Shown here one piece after another: positions 23,001 through 34,200 of a stretch of DNA of 64,000 nt. The notes beneath the pieces were generated by a model that did no database searches, was not told the origin of the DNA, and saw only the letters and a program-made list of their open reading frames with translations. This DNA comes from Nymphaea colorata (lineage: Eukaryota): contig NC_045138.2 in assembly GCF_008831285.2 (NCBI RefSeq), positions 12,214,001-12,278,000 on the forward strand, given 5' to 3'. A program made the translations under genes and the position numbers. Numbering within the stretch: position 1 is the first letter of the stretch; each line of letters begins with the position of its first letter.

Positions 23001-26000
23001 AAAATAAAAGATCAAGTATTTCAAGGGAACTTAACTGGCAAATGGAATCAGGTAACCATGATAATCGTCTACAGAAATTCACAAGTAGCTCACGCAAATT
23101 TATAAGTTGACCTATTGAATCAGGTATCCTGGCTATACTTGTCCTACTAAGATCAAGCTGTCTAAGTGATCCCATGTCTCCCAATCGCTCTGCAAAAGAA
23201 GTCAAACCAAAACAATCTTTAAGATTAAGGATTTCAAGAGAACGTAACTGCCAAATGGAATCAGGTAACCATAATAGTCTTTGACACCCTCTCATAAGTA
23301 GCTCACATAAATTTATAAGTTGACCTATTGAATCAGGTAACTTGACTATGCTTGTTCCACCAAGGTTAAGCTTCTTAAGTGATCCCAAGTCTCCCAATCG
23401 CTCTGGCAAAGAAGAAATTGTGGAACAGTCATTAATATGAAGGACTTCAAGTGAACTCAATCCACCAATTGAATCTGGTAGCTTCCCTAGACTCTCACAG
23501 TTTTTTATACACAAATATGTCAAGTTCTTGAGTGTCTCAATTGATTCATCAATTGTAGTTAATGTTGGGCAATATAGAAGTTCCAATTTCACCAAGCAAG
23601 GGATATTTGTGAAATCAGGGGTAACCTTTATTTCCGCTCCATTAATTGACAGAACTTTCAATCTTTCAAAGGCCTGCGTAAAATAAATTTTTCAATGGAA
23701 ACAAGTCATGAGAATATGACGAGAGAAAAAAAAACAGAACTGTCTCATAATATACTGACCTTTACTCTCAGTGGCAGTTGGTTTATAAGAATTTGGGCCA
23801 TGTTGGTTTTATAGAGGTCAAGGATGACAACCTTCTCGAGGTTAAAATCAGATGGCGGCGAGTCAAAGTGGCAACAGCTCAATAGCAACCATTTCAGGTC
23901 TGTAGGAAAACACAGGAACACACCTTGGAAGTTGACATCCGCAGCATAAAGATATCTCAGGCTGGGCATGTTTTCAAAGCATTCCGCGCTAACACAATCT
24001 TTCCCAGAGATCCGAACCCCTTCTGCATCAATAGTCCCTGGTACCTGCACTAATTAAAGAAGCAAGTAATTACTAATTTCTTAGATATGGTGTTGTTAAT
24101 TGGCTCATCAGCCAAGATTTGCACTATTAATTTGATCTAAAACATGTTTTGGTCAAATTAGTAGAGACATCCACAGGTTGCCAGTTCAGATAAGCAGAAA
24201 CCATGGAATAAAAACATGTATATTGAAATAACTCTATTTGATTGTCTCTAAAATCAAAGTGAAAGACATTTCACCTATAAATTAATATAACTTTCTTACA
24301 TTAAAGGTTGTCCATTTTTAATATGAGGAAAAAAGATATTTGCTTTGTTTACTAAATGTTTTTCCCATTTCATACAAATCATTATTCTTGATAAAAATAT
24401 TGCAGAGGACTTTGTTTTAGATACCAGAGTTCGCTGCAACAAATAGATCCAAATTTTCCTTTTTCTTGCCCAAAAGTTACGAAAAAGTAATTTACTCAAG
24501 TGTTCAGCAAATACATGCTATTTCCAAGAAAAACTAAAATCTATTTATTCATGAGCTTCTCATCAAATTATAAAAGGGTTGACATCTAGAAACTACCCTT
24601 TTTTTTTTCAGCACGCTCTTTTTATTATCTGTCAGCTATTAAACATCTACGTGCTTTTGTAAAAGTTGTCTTGTTTCTAGGTTCTCATTGCCAGTGACTA
24701 CAGATTGTGGTAAAAAAATTTCTAATACTCAAGTTAATAAGCATCATCTTAGAGTGACAAATAATGAAGCCACTAAAGTTGCTGAAACTAATTCAATCTA
24801 GTAACGTTACACAAGGACACAGGCATAAGGGATTTGAACGGTTCATGTTCGAGTAAGCCAGCCTTTACCGGATTCAATTAATTGAATTTTATGTAGTTAG
24901 ATTTGGATTAGGACTCAGATTTGGACTAGAATATCTAAGATTGGGCATTTATACATAGTCAGATTATATTTTCACCAGATCTCACTCGGACATTGAACTT
25001 GGAAGATTCATATTCACGGGTTTATTCAACATGTACAAGGAAAATCAGAAATTTGGCCTAAACCCTATACAAATAGAGTAATTGGAAGAGGAAGTCCCAG
25101 TTCACACCGAGGCAAACACTTTGGAGATGTCTAACTTGAGGATAAAAGAATGAGTTCCCAAGGAATAAAGCGAGTGCACAACCTCATTAGCAAGAAGAAC
25201 AACATCATGCATGTGACGGCCTTGGGTGAAAGCAAACTAGAAAGAACTGGTGAAGAGTGACAACATAGGACTCAGTCGCAAAGCAATCATCTTCATAATG
25301 AACTTATACAAAAGCCAAGAATGAATAAAAATAACACAACTAAATTTTTGGAGAAAGACAGAGTTAACAGCATACTATTTGTAGAAACTAGAGATGTCAG
25401 GCTGGAAGAGGGAAACCGTTGGTACCAGGCGACTTCCCTGCTTTGAGGGCCTACACAACTGCTAGGATCTCTTGCTTCTGCAAAGGACACTAACGAGCAA
25501 GCGCCAAACAATGAAGGAAGGGGGAAGGTTGTCAAGAAACGCGGAGGGATGGGTGACCATCTTGATAAAGCAGCGATAATGACTAGTCAAAGCAGGAGGA
25601 ATATCAATGGCAGATACAATTGCATAACCCATACGAAGGAAAGGAGAAGTTGGGGCTTCTTTTGAGAAGCCGAAACATGGAAGAATCAGGTGTTATGATC
25701 TCTCCAAAAAGCCAGAGATCCTAGACCGCTGCCACCAATGGATGGAGTCCCAAACATGCCAGTCCAGTGCAAGCAAGATGACAGGGGGAGAAAAGCCGAA
25801 CAAGGTCAGCTTTGGAAATGGAGGGGCTGAGTGGAGAATGGAGATTTCGCTGCCCCAAGTGGAGATAGAAGAAAATTTATCCTTTTAAAAAGTGGACTTT
25901 CAAAGAATGACTTGCTTTCTAACGACATGACATGAAGCTTACCAGACAGCCTAAACATGGCCCACCTACCCAAAACAGGTGCTGCCCACCAGTGAAAGAC

Positions 26001-26401
26001 AACCTTTACAAAACTTCTATCACAGAGTCACCACAGCTCAAAACAGAAGTGCATAGATTGAGGCACGACCCAACAAGATGCAAGGTGGGTGAGTAGAGGT
26101 GCATGATCGGAGAGATGCCTCAAACCTGTTGGGTTGGGTCTAGCCTCAAGTGAGGACCTGACCCACTCACTCACTTGAGTGACTGGGAGGAGAAAAGAGG
26201 AAGGGCACCCAATGGTGCCCTACCCTCTCTCGCTCGTCTCTCTTTTTAAAATGAGAGGGCTTCCCTTTTGCTCACACAAACGAGAAGGGGAGGAGGAAGG
26301 CAAGAAGAGAAGGAGGAGAAGGACACAGCTTTGCTGCATGGGTTGATCAACAAGTTAAGAAGAGAGAGAGGAGACAAAAAAGAAAGAGGAATGAAGGCAG
26401 T

Positions 26402-26432
<31 letters not shown>

Positions 26433-29400
26433 CTTGCCCGTGGTTTTTAACCTCATTATTAGGGGGTTTTTTCACGTATACTTGGAGTGCATCTTTTCTG
26501 CTTTTTTATTCTACCTGTGGTTTTAACCCCATTATTAGGGGTTTTTTTCATGTATACTTGGTGTGCATCTTTTTTGCTATTTTATTCCTGCAATATATTC
26601 ATTTATAATTAGAATTTTAGCATTATACCTATTATAGCAGTCATGAACTTGGTATGAACAGTTTTGTGCACTTCATATTATCAAACTAGCTGGTTTGGGT
26701 TGTTACATTGATGCTAAAGACTGTCGTTAGTTGAGTAATTATTGGATATATGTATTCTTGAAGTTTGAGAGTGTTTGTGACAGCATTAAGTGTTGAAATT
26801 GGCTGGTTGTTTTCTTCCTAAGTATTTGTTTGCAGGGATAATATGTTCTTACAAGAATATATCTATATTGTGAGTTCTTTTACAATATTGAAACTAGGTT
26901 TGTTGGGGAAAACAACCATAACAAAGTGGTATCAAAGAGCTAGATTTGTAGTATTCGTTCTTATTGAAAGATGAAGTCAACCTACACTGGAAAATCTCTC
27001 TAAGTGGAAACGATAAGACTATATGTGAAGCAAAAATGGAGGATTTTCTCTATTGTAAAGATTTGTTTGCACCCATTGAGAACAAGAGGCCAACATATAT
27101 ATGATAAATGGAAGCTATTAGATAGGAAAACCATTGGCACCATCAGACAATGGTTAGATGACATTGTCTTTCATTTGGTTTCTGCAAAGACGAGAACAAA
27201 GCCATTGTAGTAGAAGTTGCATGATCTTTACGAGAGAAAAACAACTGGAAACAACGCTTTCTTGATCAATCAATTGTTAAATCTCAAACTTTGAGAGGGT
27301 AGTCCTATGACTGCAGAGCATAATTAATCAGTTGTCAGTCATGAAAATAATGTTAGATGATGAGTTACAAGCACTTTTATTGCTCAGTTCTCTTCCAGAT
27401 AGTTGGGAGACTCTAGTTGTTCCTTAGAGCAACTCTACTCCAAATGGTGTACTAATGCTGAAGCATGTAACCAACAACATTTTAAATGAATAGATAAGAA
27501 GAAAGTTTTTAGTAGTATTAGTTTAGAAGTGCTAGTGATGGGAGACATGGACAGACAAAAGAACCGTAATAAATGGCATGACTGATCAAAATCTAGGTGC
27601 AAATCAAAGTTCAAGATGACAGGTAAATACTTTTGTTGTGGTATTCTAGGTCACAAAAAATTCATTGAAGGAAATAAAAAGAAAAGAAATAATGTAAAAA
27701 GAATGGTCAAGTGAGTGTGTAATCAAAAGAATGCACTGCAGTTGCTTCAGATGATAAGGTAGTATTACTTTTATCTGAAGAAAATAATTGTTTTACCATT
27801 GAGAATGATGGTTCTACATGGCTATTAGATATTGGGGCATCTTATCATGCCACACCATGTAGAGATTTATTCTCATCCTACAGAACAAGTGATCTTGGAG
27901 TAGTTCACATGGGCAACAGTAACACTTCGATGATTATTTGGGTATGAGATGTTTGTATTGAAACAAACACATGATGCAAATTGATTTTGAGAGATGTGAA
28001 ACATGTTCCAGATCTTAGAATGAATCTGGTTTTTGCAAGAAAAGTAAGTGAAGATGGATATTGTACTTCTTTTAGTTAGGCTGGTTGGAAATTAATTAAG
28101 GGGGCATTATTGTTCCCTATAGCTAGCAGATCTGACTCTTTGTATGATATATTCTCGAATTAGTAGTGTTGAGGTAAATGTAGTTACTGATAGTACTTTG
28201 TCATATTTGTGGTATAGGAGGTTAGGTCACATGAGTCAAAGAGGAATCGCTTTGCTTGCTAAGAAGAATTTGTTACCAAAGGCAGATGGTACACAGTTAT
28301 CTCCTGGAATCATTACTTGGTTGATAAGTTGCATAGAATCTCTTTTCAGAAAAAGCGCTCTTTAAAAGCTGAAGATATATTAAATTTAATTTATTCAAAT
28401 ATGTGTAGACCTATAAATGTAACATTTAACAGTGAAACATCTTATTTTGTCACATTTATTGATGATGCATCTAGTAAGGTGTAAGCCTTTACAATAAAAA
28501 GTAAAAGTGAAGTAATATCTTCATGACTTTTCATGTAATAGTTGAGCATGAGACAAGTAAGATTATTAAAAGACTGTGTATAGATAATGGTGGTGAGTAC
28601 ATAGCTTATTCTACAAGAATATTATCTTCATCATAGTATTAAACATGAAAAGATAGTTTCCTATACTCAACAGCAGGATGAAGTTGCAGAAAGGATGAAC
28701 AAAATTATAATTGAGAGAATCAGAAGTTTGCTATCTAGTTCTAACTTACCTAAGTACTTTTGGGGAGAGGTAATGCGCACTACAGTTTATTTGATAAATA
28801 GATCTCCTTCAGTGCCTCTAGATAGAAATATTCTACAAAGAGTTTGGTTAGATAAAGATGTAAAGTATGATTATCTCAAAGTCTTTGGTTGCAAAGTTTT
28901 CATGCATGTAGATGATGAATTTGGTTATAGGTTATGTGATCCAAAGAAGGACAAAATCTACAAGAGTCGTGATGTTGTCTTTAGAGAGGATCAGACGATT
29001 GAAGATGTTATGAAAGGCAAACAGCCATGTCTGAATGCTAGTGGTGTTCATGAGCCAACCTATGCAGAACCTGAAGAACTTTCATCTAAGTAGAGTGAGA
29101 TTGAGGAAAATGTAGAGGAAGAGTAAATAGAGGCAAATGAGCAATATACAGATAACATTCCTTCTACTATTTATTCAACTATTGAATATATTATATTTAC
29201 AAATAGTGAGATAGTGGAGAGTTAGAATCCTATTCAAAGGTGCTAGATGATGTGCATAGAGAAGAATGAATTTGAGTCATGCAGAAAAAAATGAATTCTG
29301 TATATAAGAATCACACTTTTGATTTGGTAGAACTACCAAAATATAAGAAAGTGTTGCAAAACAAATTGATCTACAAACTTAAAAATGACCAAGGCAAGTT

Positions 29401-31149
29401 GAGATACAAATGTCGGTTAGTGGTGAAAGGTTTCAAGTAGGAAAAATGTATTGATGAAATTTCTCTCATGCGATTAAAATGTCATCTATCAAGGTAATAC
29501 TTGGTTTGGTGGCATATCTGGATTTAGAGTTGGAGCAATTAGATATAAAAATTACATTTTTTTGTGGAGATTTAGAGGAAGAAATCTACATGGCACAACC
29601 AGAAGGTTTTGTAGTTGTTAGGAAGAAGCACATAGTTTGGAAGAAAGAACTTATATAGACTTAAACAAACACCTAGGCAGTGGTACAAGAATTTGATGCA
29701 TCTATGATAAATCAAAAGTATCATAGGTTAGCTGTAGATTATGTTTGCAACAGAGAGTTGTCATTAAGTAACTTTATTATCGTAGATGACATACTTATTG
29801 TTAGATAGGACTGTTGATTGAGTAGTCAATTAAAGAACATAAGCAAGTCCTTTGATATGAAAGACTTCAGACTAGCACGACAATTGTTAGGCATGAGAAT
29901 TATTCATGATAGGAAGACCAAGAAGTTGTAGTTTTCACAAGAGAAATATTTTGAGAAAGTGCTTAGCAAGTTCAGTATGAAAAATGTCAAAATAGTAAGT
30001 GCTCCTTTAGCAGCACATTTTAAATTGAGAAATGAGCAATGTCTATTCTTAATAGACGAGAAAGAAATAATTAAGAATGTACCATATGCCTCCATAGTAG
30101 GGAGTCTCATGTATGTCATGGTTTGCACCACGCCCTGACTTGGCTTATACGGTTGGTATGGTGAGTAGGTTCTTGTCAAATCCAAGAAAAGAGCATTAAG
30201 CAACAGTGAAGTGGATCCTAAGGTGTCTTAAAAATACTTCCAATTACTAGTTATGTTTTGGTGAATTTAACCCAGAGACACAAGGATTTGTTGATGTAGA
30301 CATGGCAGGTGACTTGAACTCTAAGAAGTTTCTACATGGTTATGTCTTAACTTTTACAAGGGGAGCTGTATCATAGCAGTCCAAGTTGCAGAAGTGTGTT
30401 GCTATTTTCACTATAGAAGCAGAATATATTGCAGCAACTAAAGCTTGTAAAGAGTTGTTGTGGATGAAAAATTTTCTTCATGATATAGGTCTTAGCCATA
30501 AAACTTATGTGTTGCATTGTAATAGCCAAAGCGCTATACACTTGGCGAAGAAGTAAGCTTTCCACTCAAGAACCAAGCACATTGATGTTAGACATCATTG
30601 GATTTGTGATATATAGAGAAGCATGACAAGCATAGAGACCTAGTTGGGTTGACTGTCTTTAAGGGAGTGCATCAAATTTGTTCATTTTATAGGTATGATT
30701 CCTCTCTTGAGGCTGGAGGGGGAGTTTGTTGGGTCGGGTTGAGCCTCAAGTGAGGACCCGACCCACTCACTCACTTTAGTGAGTGGGTGGCGAAAAGAGG
30801 AAGGGCACTCGATGGTGCCCTACCCTCACTTGCTCGTCTCTCTTTTCAAAATGGGAGGGCTTCCCTCCTGCTCACACACAGCAAAATAAGAAGGGAAGGA
30901 GGAAGGCAAGAAGAAAAGAAGGAGAAGAATGCAGTCCTACTACATGCGTTGATCAGTAGGTCAAGAAGAGAGACAAGAGACAAAGAAGAAAGAGGGAATG
31001 GAGACAATCTTCATTGGGTAATCTCTTTCTTGTTTCTTTTGGGGTTCTTTCTTCCATTCGTATAAGAGAGTGCTATTATTCTCTTGTGTTCTATGTTTTT
31101 CTTAAAACAATAGAGATATTGCTACTGGTGTATTTGGTCCCCTTATACA

Positions 31150-31232
<83 letters not shown>

Positions 31233-34200
31233 AGTCTCCTTGCCGTGGTTTTTAACCTCATTATTGGGGATTTTTTCATGTATACTTGGTGTTGATCTTT
31301 TATGTTGTTTTATTCCGGTAATATGTTCATTTATAATTAGAATTTCAGTATTACACCTATTATAAAAATCATGAATTTAGTATGAGCAGTTTTGTGCACT
31401 TTCTACTATCAAACTAGTTGGTTTGGGCTGTTATATTGATGCTAAAGATTGCCATTAGTTGCGTAATTATTGGATATATGTATTCTTGAAGTTTGAGAGC
31501 ATTTATTACAGCATTAAGTGTTGAAATTGGCTGGTTATTGTCTTCCAAAGTATTTGTTTGTTGGGGTAATATGTTCTTACAAGGATATATCCATATTGTG
31601 AGTTCTTTTACAAGATTGAAAGTAGGTTTGTTGGGGAAAACAACCATAACAAAACCAACAGAGTCAAGACCTTGAGGAAAAAGGATACGATCAAGCTTAA
31701 GGAAGAGGGAATTCATACAATTATCAGACCAGGTGAACAAGCATTTAACAGCGAGACATCAAATAGACTATGAACGAAGACAAAATCAACAAAGGCCTTC
31801 ATAGAGACAAGGTGGAGACATGGCCGAGACGTGGCCAAATGAGTTAGCTAGACTCAACAAGCAGTTTAAATCCCCAGCAAGTATCCATGGGTCCTGCAAC
31901 AAGGTGCAGACCTTGCTTAGCATCCAGTAAGGGAGGGAAGGAAGAGGTGACAAAAAGGTTCGTAAAGGTATCAGAAGAGGGATTCATGGGCGAGATCAGA
32001 GCAAAGAAACAGACTGGAGAAGGGGGTTGGAAAAAACATCGAAGGGGGCAATGAACAAAAGGGAGGAGAACAAAGGGGATCGAGGAATGCAAGCAGAGGG
32101 CAAGGAATGGTAGGGGGTGTGTGGGGAAGGTGCGCAGGTTGTGGAGTCCAACAAAGTGATAAAGGGAGAAACTGAGGTGGGAGAGAGAAGGCTTGGTGGT
32201 GAAGAAGGCAGTGGGATGGCCAAAATCAGCAGATTGGGGGGGGGGGGGGTGGGCAACGTAATTGCAAAAAGTGGTCTGCAAGCGGAGCACAAAGGTCGCA
32301 GAGGATAACGGTAGGCATTGATTGAGTAAAGTGGCAAGCGAATGAATGGGGTGGATGCCAAGCCAGAACTGCAAAGCACTGGACCTTGCCAGAGGAGTAA
32401 GAGCAGGTCGTGGCCTACTATGCAATGAGATAGGGTAGTCCAACAGCTATTGATGTGGCTGGCCAGAGGAAGACGATGGGAGTGGGTTGTAAAGCCCTAT
32501 AATTTTCAAACAAATATATTTATATAATATATATATATATATACACTATTTATTTATTTTTACAAAGTATTGGACCAATCAAACTAAGTATTTAAAATTA
32601 AAAGGATGGTTCTAGAAAGACTCAATGAGATATTAAATAGGGATGGGAGAAGCCAAAGAGTCGTGCTCTTTCTTTTGGTTAACAACAAAATCAGATGAAA
32701 ATTTTAAGACCATCACAAATAGCTTATTAAGCTTGAGTAGGCAAACATTTTAGTGTTCTACTTGCTGCTATTATAGTGAGAAAGACTTCTATAGCAAAAA
32801 TATTGGAGAAAGAAGGAAATACCTTCCATTTTCTTGTTGCATCCTTAGTTGAAGTCTAAGTTGAGGATAATGACTTGTTCTCCTATCATCTCATTCATGA
32901 AGTGTTAGAGAAGGAAGCTCGTAGACTGCTAATTTAAATTCAAGTCATCTCTGTTCGGATAAGTGCTTTAGTTTGGGTGGGCAACCATGAATATATAGAT
33001 ATGATTATGTGCAAAAGAAATGGTGTAATCTAGATGGTATATGATTATGAATGTGTAGTGCAAGGAAGGAGAAGGAACTCGTCATTCATGTCAGCAAGAT
33101 TGCCTCTGTCTATAAATTTCTCAAGTATGTATTTAAAAATAGAAACAAATCCATGTTTGGACATCTATGCAGTTTTAAATGAGTATGTTATGATCTGATA
33201 ATAAATATATATATACATATGAAGTACACAGATTCACAGGCAGATTGAGTGAGCAGACCTTACATTTTTCAGGTATGAGATATCTACCCCAGAGCAAAAC
33301 ATGTAGTTCATGTATTTTATATTGTGTGTATATGGATATAAATACGTATAAATATATATATAGATCTATGGAAATGAATATATGTAATAATGTATGTGTA
33401 GAGATATGAGTAATTGCATGCTAGAATATATTACTAGATGAATGTTGAGAGTAATAGCATGCAATGAGGCCATATGGTTGTAAGAGACTAGACCTATGGA
33501 AAACCGTATGGAAATATTTAGACCTAAGTGTAGCATATAGTTCATATATATTTGGTGTATTTAGATGTATATAAAAATATGCAAATGTATATGCATGTGA
33601 AATTATATATATATATATATATATTTGTAATATGCAAAGTTAAACATATATTTCTTATCGAGTAGGAAATGATGTTATTTTATCAAAGTCATGATAAAAC
33701 TGATGTAGTGCACAATTTTGTGAGACATGTCTACTGATTTTAACAAAAATAAAACGAAATAATGTTGTTTAGGTATATTTTTCTGCATATCAAGTATATA
33801 GATAAATTAGTGATCAGAACGTTCTTACACACACAAACATTTATATAACAATTATATATATATATATATATATATATGTGACAATCATATGGATATATCA
33901 TTGGTGGGGAAAAGGTGGCCAGAGTGTGGTGAAGGGTAACCAATGGGTAGTAAGCTTGGGCATCGAGCTGGATAGCCAATGAGTACCCATCACCCGATCA
34001 AAAATGAACCCGAAAAGAAGGCATCGGACCTAGATACCCAACGAGTACCCATCACCCGATCAGAAATGAACCCGAAAAAAAGGCATCGTATCGGACTGGC
34101 TCGAGTTGACCCGATAAGTTTTTTTGATATGTATTTTATTACAATTAATTATATTTATGTATTATTTTATTTATTTTTTATATAACTGAGCTGGGCCTGG

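Larger units (their letters stand above)
25030..32490 (-). mobile_element. Degenerate L1-type LINE (endonuclease plus N-terminal RT) in TNL intron 2, split by a Copia; LINE parts ~31657-32490 and ~25030-26126
   Basis: APE motifs PWILAGDLN (~31860-31890) and FTWSD...KLDRILF (31680-31740), then SDHAP just past the Copia (~26090-26115). RT motif LKLDISKVFASV.WDFL at ~25090-25140. Boundaries approximate. Confidence 0.85.

Noticed and set aside
20972..23110. Several + strand ORFs of 68-157 aa
   Set aside because: Antisense shadows of the LRR exon; their repetitiveness mirrors the LRR codons.
10780..25030. Idea that the LINE 3' fragment near 10.9 kb and the 3'-truncated intronic LINE are halves of one element that captured the LRR exons
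   Set aside because: There is no TSD or sequence continuity, most of RT is missing between them, and the exon order is that of a normal TNL.
31844..32443. 199-aa Pro/Leu/Ser-rich ORF in intron 2 as a possible integrated-domain exon
   Set aside because: Pyrimidine-rich LINE sequence contiguous with endonuclease motifs; exons 2 and 3 already join in frame without it.
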